Source of the DNA: Gemmatimonadota bacterium
Lineage (GTDB): Bacteria; Gemmatimonadota; Gemmatimonadetes; Gemmatimonadales; GWC2-71-9
Length of the DNA: 64,000 nt
NCBI GenBank assembly: GCA_036679605.1
Contig: JAZDCZ010000419.1
Coordinates: forward strand, 96,001-160,000
Direction: 5' to 3'
Part shown: piece after piece, positions 29,196 to 39,593 of the stretch
How the letters are laid out: the number at the start of each line of letters is the position of its first letter
Position numbering within the stretch: the stretch's first letter is position 1
Notes under the pieces: generated by a model
The model's database searches: none
The model's input: only the letters and a program-made list of their open reading frames with translations
What the model was told of the DNA's origin: nothing
Translations under genes and position numbers: made by a program

Positions 29196-32100
29196 GTTTC
29201 CCCCGCGCACGCGGGGATAGACCCCGGCCTCGGTCGCGTAGCGTTCCCGTTCCCGGGTTTCCCCCGCGCACGCGGGGATAGACCCAGCCGCTACCTGCAC
29301 CACCCCAGCATCCTGCCGTTTCCCCCGCGCACGCGGGGATAGACCGTAGAAGCCGGGATCGACCAGGCACAGGTCACCGTTTCCCCCGCGCACGCGGGGA
29401 TAGACCCGGTATCGAGCTTGATCAACCTCTGCTGCCGGAGTTTCCCCCGCGCACGCGGGGATAGACCCAGGTCGATCTGTTTGGGTCTGGCTCAAGTCAA
29501 GTTTCCCCCGCGCACGCGGGGATAGACCGCGCTATGCTTTAGCTGTCAAAGATATCCAGCGGTTTCCCCCGCGCACGCGGGGATAGACCCCTGACTGGCG
29601 GTGTCGCGATCGTGCCCGCATTGTTTCCCCCGCGCACGCGGGGATAGACCCAAGAAGGATCCCGAGAGCCCCGGCAGTTTCTGGTTTCCCCCGCGCACGC
29701 GGGGATAGACCCGAAAGAGAATACTGTAGCTCTGGAACGCAAAAGTTTCCCCCGCGCACGCGGGGATAGACCCCGCGAGTCCTCGCAGTAGCAGGGGAAT
29801 GCCGCGTTTCCCCCGCGCACGCGGGGATAGACCGTGGAGGGTGACTACGAAATAGTTGATGACGTGGTTTCCCCCGCGCACGCGGGGATAGACCCTGCCG
29901 GCATGCCGCGACGCACTCAAAATATTAGTTTCCCCCGCGCACGCGGGGATAGACCCTCCTCCCACCCCATCCAAGGATATTCATGGCCGTTTCCCCCGCG
30001 CACGCGGGGATAGACCCTACTTGCAATATCGCGGCTTGAAGGACCCCGAGTTTCCCCCGCGCACGCGGGGATAGACCCCAATTCCTTGCCCTACGCTCAG
30101 GTGGTCGAAGGTTTCCCCCGCGCACGCGGGGATAGACCGCGGTTCGGGATCACCGAAGGGACCGCACACCAGTTTCCCCCGCGCACGCGGGGATAGACCG
30201 CAAGCGACCACTCCGTAGCCTTGCCCGCGCTCGTTTCCCCCGCGCACGCGGGGATAGACCCCGCACCGCGAAATTGAAAGAGGGGCGCGCGAAGTTTCCC
30301 CCGCGCACGCGGGGATAGACCTTTTTACGGATGGGTATGAATATGCCCTACAGGGTTTCCCCCGCGCACGCGGGGATAGACCCACCGAACGAACTCACGC
30401 CGCCCTACGAAACATGTTTCCCCCGCGCACGCGGGGATAGACCCGCCGTCAATGCGCGCGTCGTCCATCATCTTTCGTTTCCCCCGCGCACGCGGGGATA
30501 GACCCTAAGAGCATGAGTCTCGGCCCTTGGGTCGTGGGTTTCCCCCGCGCACGCGGGGATAGACCTCCATTAGTGTGTTCGGCGAAGGTCCGGGCCAGTT
30601 TCCCCCGCGCACGCGGGGATAGACCCTCGCGGCGGCTATCGCGGTCACGGAGCTGGCCGTTTCCCCCGCGCACGCGGGGATAGACCTTTGAATAGTCCAG
30701 TCACTGCGGCCATCACAGCGTTTCCCCCGCGCACGCGGGGATAGACCTCATCCGATTGAGCTAGCAGGTAGGCTCGGCGTGTTTCCCCCGCGCACGCGGG
30801 GATAGACCTTTCCGTCCAGGTCCACTCACAAGCGAGCTAGAGTTTCCCCCGCGCACGCGGGGATAGACCTCATGGAACGCACCCTAGCGCGCCCCCGCCC
30901 CAGTTTCCCCCGCGCACGCGGGGATAGACCCTAGGCACCTTGCGAGTCCTTCCTAGATGCCGGGTTTCCCCCGCGCACGCGGGGATAGACCTTACAAATA
31001 CCACAACTGCGATGATTACCGCCCGTTTCCCCCGCGCACGCGGGGATAGACCCATCTGAGAGGGTTCGCGTCTAAGTTCCTGGCCGTTTCCCCCGCGCAC
31101 GCGGGGATAGACCCTGCGGCACTAGTAGCGGGAGACATTCCCGATCGTTTCCCCCGCGCACGCGGGGATAGACCACCTGATTCGCGGCCCTATTGTGCCC
31201 AACTTGGGTTTCCCCCGCGCACGCGGGGATAGACCCCCAAAACGGCGCCATTACTAACGGTTTCAGTTGTTTCCCCCGCGCACGCGGGGATAGACCTTTC
31301 GCTCATTGAACATCTTCTCCAGATCGTCCGTTTCCCCCGCGCACGCGGGGATAGACCCCGTTTACACCAAGGGCAGCGGAGGCCGGTCACGTTTCCCCCG
31401 CGCACGCGGGGATAGACCGTACGGTATCGAGATCGAGGTCGTACTTGATGAGTTTCCCCCGCGCACGCGGGGATAGACCCCATGCTGTCGTCGGTGATGG
31501 CTGTCACGATTAGTTTCCCCCGCGCACGCGGGGATAGACCGTAAATAGTGGGGCGACAGCGTTTGTAACGGAGGTTTCCCCCGCGCACGCGGGGATAGAC
31601 CGTTGGCAAAGATCGTCCATTGGTGCGAGCAGAAGTTTCCCCCGCGCACGCGGGGATAGACCCACATAGACCTACCGGTAATCGATGGGGACGGGGTTTC
31701 CCCCGCGCACGCGGGGATAGACCCTAGCGGCACAAAGTCGGAGGTAGATATGTGGAGTTTCCCCCGCGCACGCGGGGATAGACCCATTACATTGCATCTA
31801 CCGTTGAAATTGAACTGGTTTCCCCCGCGCACGCGGGGATAGACCCGTCACTGTCGTCAAGGAATTGCTCTAACTGTCGTTTCCCCCGCGCACGCGGGGA
31901 TAGACCTCTCCCCACCGAAGGAAACGCCGAGTCTCCACGGTTTCCCCCGCGCACGCGGGGATAGACCCGGTTCTGTGTCGTCAATGTACACCTGCGCTGT
32001 GTTTCCCCCGCGCACGCGGGGATAGACCGGCCTTGGGTCGTACGAGCGATCCCCTGCCCTGGTTTCCCCCGCGCACGCGGGGATAGACCCTGACTGTCGC

Positions 32101-33919
32101 ATTAGCGCTCGAGGCCTCAGAGGTTTCCCCCGCGCACGCGGGGATAGACCCTTCTTTCACGTCTTCGAGCACGAGCACCTCCGGTTTCCCCCGCGCACGC
32201 GGGGATAGACCCCATTGACGTACATCCAGCTCCCACCATCCTACGTTTCCCCCGCGCACGCGGGGATAGACCCGTTATGCAAGATGGCCCTGTCTCGATC
32301 TTTAAGTTTCCCCCGCGCACGCGGGGATAGACCCCAGAACGGTGAGAGAGCCAGATGACGTATACCGTTTCCCCCGCGCACGCGGGGATAGACCCAGCAC
32401 GCCAGACTGACTCCTCGACCCCTTGACGTTTCCCCCGCGCACGCGGGGATAGACCGTGGTATTAGTGGCGGAATTGAGGCGGGACGTGGTTTCCCCCGCG
32501 CACGCGGGGATAGACCTACGGCGAAGCGGATGCGGTTGACTGGGCCAGAGTTTCCCCCGCGCACGCGGGGATAGACCCTATCATGCCGCAATCCTAAACG
32601 GTGAGGAGATGTTTCCCCCGCGCACGCGGGGATAGACCGTAGCCGGAGTCGACCAAGCGCCGAAATGATCGGTTTCCCCCGCGCACGCGGGGATAGACCC
32701 TAGGTGTGGCCGGTGGGCCGCATACCGGGACGGTTTCCCCCGCGCACGCGGGGATAGACCCTCGCCTCCCTGGTGCATCGACCCGCAGACGTAGTTTCCC
32801 CCGCGCACGCGGGGATAGACCCGTCCCTGTCTCTCGATGTACTCCCCGATCCTCGTTTCCCCCGCGCACGCGGGGATAGACCCGCGACGCGTGGGAGCGC
32901 GCCCAGGAGAAAGCGGTTTCCCCCGCGCACGCGGGGATAGACCCACATCCAAGGTGCTCAAGCTCAATAATGCTGCGTTTCCCCCGCGCACGCGGGGATA
33001 GACCGTGGAGCGGAAGAAGGCCAACGAACACACGCCCGTTTCCCCCGCGCACGCGGGGATAGACCCTAATAGCATCTTACGCCACGTCTCCAACCATAGT
33101 TTCCCCCGCGCACGCGGGGATAGACCGTCTAAATAGTTGACCGCTCGATCACGACGTAAGTTTCCCCCGCGCACGCGGGGATAGACCCAGAACATCTTGG
33201 TCGCCTTCGGACAGATCATGGTTTCCCCCGCGCACGCGGGGATAGACCCGTGGTTGGCAATGGACTCTTACTCGTTGGGGTGTTTCCCCCGCGCACGCGG
33301 GGATAGACCGTGTTTCGGTTACGCGAGCTACGGATCTAATCCGTTTCCCCCGCGCACGCGGGGATAGACCCCAGAGAGAGCTGGACGTGGCGAACGCCTT
33401 CACGTTTCCCCCGCGCACGCGGGGATAGACCGTATACGAACCAACTTGGAAAGTGGCTGCCCGGGTTTCCCCCGCGCACGCGGGGATAGACCGTCCAAAC
33501 CTCGGCCCTGGACTGGGTGATCGTGGTTTCCCCCGCGCACGCGGGGATAGACCGTTTGGTCGACGCGATTCAAACAACGGCGTTAGGTTTCCCCCGCGCA
33601 CGCGGGGATAGACCCCAGACACTTTCACCCTCATACCCAGAATCCCAGTTTCCCCCGCGCACGCGGGGATAGACCCTCAGCGGCGGTTATTCCACCCACG
33701 GCATACGTGTTTCCCCCGCGCACGCGGGGATAGACCCCGTGATAGTGTGATGGCCGAGCGGGACTCTGTGTTTCCCCCGCGCACGCGGGGATAGACCCCA
33801 AGCAGAGGCAACGGCATGGTCTGACAATCCGTTTCCCCCGCGCACGCGGGGATAGACCTTGTATTGCCGCCCGGGGTGTCCCCAAATTGAGGTTTCCCCC
33901 GCGCACGCGGGGATAGACC
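29196..33919 (+). CRISPR. Type I-E CRISPR array, 78 copies of GTTTCCCCCGCGCACGCGGGGATAGACC
   Basis: 28-nt repeat at a 61-nt period (one 60-nt unit at 30538-30597), counted by hand; CCCCGC/GCGGGG stem; adjacent to the I-E cas operon. Confidence 0.98.
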
Positions 33920-33952
33920 CTTCTCAGTCTGTAGGTCCTTGAGGGGCGTCCC

Positions 33953-34049
33953 GTTTCCCGCTCGCACGCGGGCGTGGATTGAAACACGGTGATTGGCCGC
34001 TTTGCCAGCTCCGCAGGTCGCCCGCTCGCACGCGGGCGTGGATTGAAAC
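33953..34049 (+). CRISPR. Two type I-C-like repeats appended to the array trailer (the first is an I-E/I-C chimera)
   Basis: GTTTCCCGCTCGCACGCGGGCGTGGATTGAAAC (33953-33985), a 31-nt spacer, then GTCGCCCGCTCGCACGCGGGCGTGGATTGAAAC (34017-34049). Confidence 0.88.
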
Positions 34050-34289
34050 GGTATGCGTAGTCTCCTAGTTCAATTGTCGATGGCCAGATCTGTGTAGTTT
34101 TCGATGGCCGGTGACAGGGATAGAACCATTTGACGGTGGAGCTTGCACAATGGGTAGACGTTCGCCCCGCGCCCGCTGGAGCGGTGGTGAGCTCGTTTCT
34201 TGCCGTGAACGTATATCGTTCATGCCGTGAAACATCTCGCCACGTCGGCTGCGTCAAGCCGTGTTGGTCACCGATGCCAACCCTCCGCA

Positions 34290-34691
34290 TCAGACCACGT
34301 CAGCTACACCCAACCCCGCGATCCGCTCGGCGAGCCTACGGTCCGCCGTCACCAAACGGCAACCCAACGTGAGCGCCAGAGCCACGTAGCTCGCATCGTA
34401 AACGGTGATCTCATGCGTAAGGGCGAGGTCAAGCGCGGAGCGGTATTCGCGGTCGCCCAAAGCGAAGGTCTCCACCTCGAGTCCCGCGAACCGCTCGTAA
34501 CCCGAGCGCGCAGCTTGTGAATCCAGCGAAGCACCGCACGCCAGGACATTCGCGACCTCGTAGTGCAAGAGTTCCGGCGCCGCCGCCGCCACCCGCCCGC
34601 TCACATGATCGCCCAGAAGATCCTGGTAAGATGTGGGAAGCGGTTCCCGCAGGAGCCACCCCAAGACTACCGAGGCGTCCAGCACCCTCAC
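34290..34691 (-). CDS. vapC: PIN-domain VapC toxin
   Basis: VLDASVVLGW, EVANVL, TVYDASYVALA, LVTADRRL; GTGA overlap with the antitoxin. Confidence 0.9.
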   Translation of the reverse strand: MRVLDASVVLGWLLREPLPTSYQDLLGDHVSGRVAAAAPELLHYEVANVLACGASLDSQAARSGYERFAGLEVETFALGDREYRSALDLALTHEITVYDASYVALALTLGCRLVTADRRLAERIAGLGVADVV

Positions 34692-34960
34692 CGTCGATTC
34701 CGGTCGTCTCGAACGAGCCCGACGGGATCCGCCTTCGCGATCCGGGAAGCGTATTCCGCCCGCCACTCGGCCACGCGCGCCGCCGCCGCATCGAGCCGCT
34801 GCACCCTGGACGAGATACCCGTCTCGTACCGCTCGGCCGGCACCAGCACGACCAGCGGCCGGTTGCGCCGAGTGATGAGAACCGGCTCGCCACCATCAGC
34901 AACATCATCCAACACCCGCCCAAGCTGCCTCCGCAAAGCCAATGCACTGACACTCTTCAT
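34688..34960 (-). CDS. Phd/YefM-family antitoxin
   Basis: MKSVSALALRRQLGRVLDDV...EPVLITRRNRPLVVLVP. Confidence 0.88.
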   Translation of the reverse strand: MKSVSALALRRQLGRVLDDVADGGEPVLITRRNRPLVVLVPAERYETGISSRVQRLDAAAARVAEWRAEYASRIAKADPVGLVRDDRNRR

Positions 34961-34978
34961 AATATCTCCATATATAAT

Positions 34979-34999
34979 ATATAATATTAGCTATTATAT
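34979..34999. promoter_or_regulatory. AT-rich inverted repeat, likely TA operator/promoter
   Basis: ATATAATA-TTAGC-TATTATAT just upstream of the antitoxin RBS, in an otherwise GC-rich region. Confidence 0.55.
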
Positions 35000-35157
35000 G
35001 ATATACCAGCGCGCTGTGGCAAACGGCTGCGTGGTGATCTTGGAAGCGCGCTGCGGCGCCCAGGGCTTCGACTCTCGGAGAACCTAGCCTTTCAACGACC
35101 GCATCGGGTCGGCGGACCCGATCCCGTAAAGGCACGCAATTGCACAGATCGGTTCCC

Positions 35158-35547
35158 CTATTTCGTAACGTCAGGCCCCGGGCTCGCCAACATCGCGACG
35201 AGCACGGACCACAGCTCGGCCAGCTCGAACGGCTTGGCCATGTAGCGGGCGCCGTTAACCCTCGCGAGGTCCTGCGGAGGCCCCAGCGCGCTCATAAACA
35301 ACACTCGAACCGTCATTCCGGGCCGCTCTCGCCGAATCGCCTGCCACATTCCGAACCCGTCTAACAGGGGCATCGATATATCCGACACGATGGCATCAAA
35401 GCGCTCCCGGCGAAGCAGCTCCAGCCCCTCAAGACCATGCTGCGCCTCTCGAACGTCGCAGCCTTTCAAACAGAGAAAGCGCACAAGTACCCGCCGCACC
35501 GCGTTGTCGTCCTCAACTACGAGAATCCTCGGACTCGCTGGGGTCAC
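35158..35547 (-). CDS. Stand-alone response regulator receiver (CheY-like)
   Basis: ILVVEDD, DAIVSDISMPLLDG, VLFMSA, YMAKPF. Confidence 0.88.
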   Translation of the reverse strand: MTPASPRILVVEDDNAVRRVLVRFLCLKGCDVREAQHGLEGLELLRRERFDAIVSDISMPLLDGFGMWQAIRRERPGMTVRVLFMSALGPPQDLARVNGARYMAKPFELAELWSVLVAMLASPGPDVTK

Positions 35548-35615
35548 GAAATGCTCCGGACAAGTCGAAACTGCACAAACTGCACGCCGAGAATACCCTC
35601 GGCGCCCGCGCCGAG

Positions 35616-36032
35616 TCAACCCTGAGCGTCGCCGGGTCGGTCGACCCGGTAGTGGCGGACCAGTTCGCGGACCCAGCGGGGGGGCGGGACCCGCTGTCGC
35701 TCATATGCGTCCAGCAGCAAGCGACTCACTTCCTGACCCAAGGTAGCGGCTTCACGAGGGGGGAGGTCGGGCGTGACATTCTCCAGGAGCCGCAGGAAAC
35801 GGCGAAGCGTGGGCGCACTGCCTGAGGCCGGTCTCGTGGCGAGCCAGCGCTCGATGCGCGCTCGCGTGCTGCGGCGTGGTGTGGACCCGCCAAGGAAGTT
35901 GCGCAATGCGTTCGGGCTCAGACCGATCTCACGCGCAGCCTGCCGCAGCGAGATCCGCGACAACTCACGCTCCACGGCTCCACGCAGTACTGCGATGGGG
36001 AGCGTCGGGGTAGACAACGTCCGGCCGCTCAT
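35616..36032 (-). CDS. Hypothetical HTH protein
   Basis: SLRQAAREIGLSPNALRNFL helix-turn-helix pattern. Confidence 0.7.
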   Translation of the reverse strand: MSGRTLSTPTLPIAVLRGAVERELSRISLRQAAREIGLSPNALRNFLGGSTPRRSTRARIERWLATRPASGSAPTLRRFLRLLENVTPDLPPREAATLGQEVSRLLLDAYERQRVPPPRWVRELVRHYRVDRPGDAQG

Positions 36033-36469
36033 CCGGAACGGCGAGACTGTGCAGTTTGTGCAGTTACGGGTCCGTTACACCGCCAATGCTAAGGCAGGCA
36101 ATCGGACCTTGCAAGGCCTGGTGCTCTGATGCCAATCTCACGCAGACTCTCCCGAACCACGCTAGTCACACGAAACCCGCAACCAGTCCGGCCCGGCTCC
36201 GTCACTACAGACCAGCACCAATTGAAAAAATCCAGCAACGACGTCTAACGCTCATTTTCCGATACGCCAAGCCAACTCCTACAAGAAATAAGTGCATGGC
36301 GCATCGGGAGCAACAGGAGCCAAGCTGCACGCAAACTGAGCATCGGCATGCCAGTCGAGAACATCGAGCCATCCGCTCCAGGGCCGGGGCCTTGTCATAT
36401 AAATCGTCCGCGACCGCCACTCATCTACCGGAAGTGCAAAGGATCCATGCCAGAGCCATCTTTCACCGG

Positions 36470-36988
36470 ATGAGGCCAGATGACCTTAGGGGAGAACTGG
36501 AGCGCAACCACGCTGACGCCTTCGGCTGGGCACTCGCTTGCTGCCGCTGGGACCGCTCGCAGGCCGAGGACACCTTGCAGGCGAGCTACTTGAAGATCCT
36601 GGACGGCCGTGCACGGTGGGACGGCCGCTCTACGTTCCGCACCTGGCTCTTCGGCGTGGTGAGACGAACCGGCGCCGAGCATCGGCGCAGCGTATCGCGC
36701 TATCGCAGGCGACTCGAACGTTGGATCGCACGTGGCACAACCGCTGCCGCATCCACCAACTCCAATCCCGCTGAACAGATGGTGAGTACCGAGATGAGCC
36801 GAGCCCTGATCCAAGCGCTGAACCAGCTACCGCAGAGGCAGCGCGACGTCCTGCATCTCGTGTTCTATCAGGATCTCACAATCGCCGAGGCGTCGGATGT
36901 ACTGGGCGTGTCGCTCGGCACTGCGCGCACCCACTACGAGCGCGGTAAAACGACGTTGCGCCGACTACTCGATGGAAGAATCGACTGA
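36470..36988 (+). CDS. ECF sigma factor
   Basis: AEDTLQASYLK, FRTWLFGVVRR, LNQLPQRQRDVLHLVFYQDLTIAEASDVLGVSLGTARTH. Confidence 0.9.
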   Translation: MRPDDLRGELERNHADAFGWALACCRWDRSQAEDTLQASYLKILDGRARWDGRSTFRTWLFGVVRRTGAEHRRSVSRYRRRLERWIARGTTAAASTNSNPAEQMVSTEMSRALIQALNQLPQRQRDVLHLVFYQDLTIAEASDVLGVSLGTARTHYERGKTTLRRLLDGRID

Positions 36989-37359
36989 TGACCGACCGCA
37001 ACCACGATATCCACGAAGACGGACTGGCTCATTCGTTCCACCGCTTGCGCGACGAAATCGGCGCGCGCATACCGAGCTTCGCAAAGATGCTCGCGTCACC
37101 CCGTCCAGTCGCCCGGCGACTTTCTCCCGCATGGGCCGCGATCGTGCTGGTCGCGATCGCAGGTGGAACGACGCTGTGGCTCGCGAGAGTGGATAGCTAT
37201 CCCAGAATTCCGGATACCTACAACGTAGCAGTCTGGCGCGCACCAAGTGATTTCCTGATGAACTCGCGAAGTCGTGAGATGTTGAGCGAGGTACCCGCCG
37301 TGGGGGAGTTGAGCATTCCGCTTTACCGACCGAATCACTTGGGAGCTCAAAATAACTAA
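36988..37359 (+). CDS. Putative single-TM anti-sigma factor
   Basis: Overlaps the ECF sigma stop codon; one TM helix (AWAAIVLVAIAGGTTLW). Confidence 0.6.
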   Translation: MTDRNHDIHEDGLAHSFHRLRDEIGARIPSFAKMLASPRPVARRLSPAWAAIVLVAIAGGTTLWLARVDSYPRIPDTYNVAVWRAPSDFLMNSRSREMLSEVPAVGELSIPLYRPNHLGAQNN

Positions 37360-37388
37360 GATACGGCAACACAAGGGAGGATGTAACC

Positions 37389-37904
37389 ATGAAACGATAC
37401 GCCGCAGTTCTGATCTCGCTTGCTGTAGGAAGTACGGTTCCCGCATTGGCCCAAGAGGGTATTGAGGAACACGTCTTTCCTCCCGAAGTCGTAATGCAGG
37501 CACGGCGACAAATCGATCTCCAAGGCGAACAGCGCGACGCAATCACCAAAGTGATTCGCGAATTCCAGCGGGAACAACTCGAACTCGACTGGGATCTCCA
37601 AGATCAGACGCAGAAGCTCACCGAACTCATGAGCCCGGCCAAGGTAGACGAGAAGGCGGCAATGGAGCAGGTCGCTCGCCTGATGCAGGCCGAAGAACAG
37701 ATGAAGCGCGCGCACCTACGCATGCTCATCAGGATCAAGAATCTCCTAACCGAAGATCAGCAGATGAAGCTGCACAAGGTGATGGCCGAGCGTCACCGAC
37801 AAGGACAGGTCAGACACCAAAAAGAACTGCACGACCTCAAGCTGAAGATGACCAAACAGGAATTACACGAACAACACCTAAAGGAGAAGCTGCCCCATGA
37901 ATAA
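37389..37904 (+). CDS. Spy/CpxP/ZraP-like periplasmic protein
   Basis: Signal peptide, helical body, LLTEDQ (LTxxQ) motif, His-rich C-terminus, GGAGG RBS. Confidence 0.75.
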   Translation: MKRYAAVLISLAVGSTVPALAQEGIEEHVFPPEVVMQARRQIDLQGEQRDAITKVIREFQREQLELDWDLQDQTQKLTELMSPAKVDEKAAMEQVARLMQAEEQMKRAHLRMLIRIKNLLTEDQQMKLHKVMAERHRQGQVRHQKELHDLKLKMTKQELHEQHLKEKLPHE

Positions 37905-38144
37905 CGCGAATAACTGCCGCTGTGCTTACCGCCCGCGCCGCAACCGCGAGTCGATGCCCGAACTCGCCATGGGGATGCCCCACCCGCCATGGGACAGCAT
38001 CCAGCCAATTGGATCGTGAGTCGAGGCCTAACGAGGCCTCGCTCGGCTGCTTAGTGCCGGAAGTGCGTCCTGTAAGGACGCTTTTCTTGGCCGAGCCGGC
38101 CCTCGTCAGGGCTGGACTCTCATAGCCGGAGATCGGGCGTAGGG

Positions 38145-38522
38145 TTACAGTTTGATCAACGCTACGACCGTCCCTAGAGTACCCACCCAGAAGAGGAACA
38201 TCCACTTGATGAGCCTGCTCTCAAGTCCCGAGAGCTTAGAACTAAAATCGGCCCGCAAAGCCGCGATCTCCTCACGCAGCTCGGCTTTGAACTCCACAAG
38301 CCGCTGCTCCAGCGCCGCGATCTCCTCGCGCAATTCGGCCTTAATCTCCGCAAGCCGCTGCTCCAGCTTCGCATCAAAACGCGCGAAGTTGACCTCGAAC
38401 AACTCTCTGAACTCTGAGCGGTACGTCGCGTCCACTTTGTTGAACCAGTCTACCAGCTCGTCGGCGATGCCATGGCCGAGCTTAGCGTAAAACTCTTTAG
38501 AAAACTTGGCAGCAATTGGCAT
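38145..38522 (-). CDS. Coiled-coil protein with C-terminal membrane anchor (DUF1640/CCDC90-like), long paralogue
   Basis: 125 aa; tandem 18-aa repeat LEQRLxExKAELREEIAA; ends LIKWMFLFWVGTLGTVVALIKL. Confidence 0.75.
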   Translation of the reverse strand: MPIAAKFSKEFYAKLGHGIADELVDWFNKVDATYRSEFRELFEVNFARFDAKLEQRLAEIKAELREEIAALEQRLVEFKAELREEIAALRADFSSKLSGLESRLIKWMFLFWVGTLGTVVALIKL

Positions 38523-38691
38523 CTTTCCCTCACAAATCTTGTGTTGCTGCCACAGTACCAAGATACCCTCGGCATGGCATAACCGAAATGCCGCAAGGTG
38601 GTACTTGATTCCGCATACGGTTGAGGGTGCGCCGGGGCTGGATTCGTAACATCAGCGGTTCGTTGAACCAACCGACATTTTGTGGCTTGAT

Positions 38692-39390
38692 TTAGCCAGC
38701 GAGTGCGGCAACGACCGCCGGCACCTCACTGATAGCCTGCACGCTGGCAAATTCGTAGGTCCGTATGACGTCATCCGGAACCGTTTCATGCACCCATACG
38801 GTGGCGTAGGGAACGTGGATCGCGCGTCCGCCCGCATCGATCACCGGCAGGATGTCCGACTTGAGTGAATCACCCACCATTAGAAACTCCTGTGGCTCGA
38901 TTCCTCTCTTGGCTGCGATCCCTTCGTACGTGGCCTGGCTCTTCTCGGTTACGACCTCGACATCCTTGAAGAAGTCACCCAAGCCGGATCGCGCGAGTTT
39001 CGATTCCTGATCGAACAGATCCCCCTTGGTCACCAACATGAGATCGTGGGACTCGGCAAGCTGGGATACCGCCTGCTCCACGTCATCAAGCAAGCACACG
39101 GGAGCTTTCAGCATGTCCGTGGTAAAGTTCATTATCTCTTGGATCTCGGAGCCACTGACGCGCCCTTCGGTGAGTTCGATGGCCGTCTCGATCATGGAGA
39201 GCGCAAAACTCTTGATGCCGTACCCGAAGTGCCGGAGGTTCTTGATCTCCGTCTCGTACAACCGTTCCTCTATCCACTCTGGCGAGTGGTATCCAGCCAA
39301 CAAATCGCGAAAGCGGTTCTTCGTCTCTGTAAAGAGCGGCTCGTTGTGCCACAGGGTGTCGTCGGCGTCCAATGCTACGACCTTGATCAT
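38692..39390 (-). CDS. HAD-superfamily hydrolase
   Basis: ALDADDTLW motif I, VTKGD, MVGDSLKSD. Confidence 0.9.
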   Translation of the reverse strand: MIKVVALDADDTLWHNEPLFTETKNRFRDLLAGYHSPEWIEERLYETEIKNLRHFGYGIKSFALSMIETAIELTEGRVSGSEIQEIMNFTTDMLKAPVCLLDDVEQAVSQLAESHDLMLVTKGDLFDQESKLARSGLGDFFKDVEVVTEKSQATYEGIAAKRGIEPQEFLMVGDSLKSDILPVIDAGGRAIHVPYATVWVHETVPDDVIRTYEFASVQAISEVPAVVAALAG

Positions 39391-39535
39391 GGCGAAAGGG
39401 TAATCCAAGGTATCGATCCGAGCAAACGCTCGCGCGGCTGGGACGCACGCTCGGAACCTGCCAACAATTCCGCTGACGCATTCCTTTTCCTATCCAAGAG
39501 AACGCCTCTATCGTGCTGAGAACTCGCCACAAATC

Positions 39536-39584
39536 GACCAACTTGACCAACTAGAGGGAAACGAGTAGATTGGTCAAGTTGGTC
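39536..39584 (+). promoter_or_regulatory. TA promoter with overlapping 15-bp perfect inverted-repeat operator
   Basis: GACCAACTTGACCAA-N19-TTGGTCAAGTTGGTC; TTGACC (39543), 17 nt, TAGATT (39566). Confidence 0.7.
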
Positions 39585-39593
39585 AGGAGAACT

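Noticed and set aside
29224..33952. Self-targeting or duplicated spacers
   Set aside because: None noticed by eye, but this was not exhaustive; a BLASTn-short of all spacers against the genome is needed.
33986..34016. I-C spacer as a CreA-like guide against the neighbouring vapBC promoter (its reverse complement shares TGGCAAA-CGGC with about 35017-35028)
   Set aside because: The match is short and gapped, excludes the seed region, and has no TTC PAM.
34097..34195. Further degenerate repeats after the array (GTTTTCG...GGGATAGAACC; GTTCGCCCCGCGCCCGC...)
   Set aside because: Only the ends resemble the repeats, the stems are absent and the spacing is irregular; not supportable by eye.
28968..34290. 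Many minus-strand ORFs across the array (VYPRVRGGN / GLSPRARGK / GSIPACAGET)
   Set aside because: These are translations of the CRISPR repeat in three frames, not genes.
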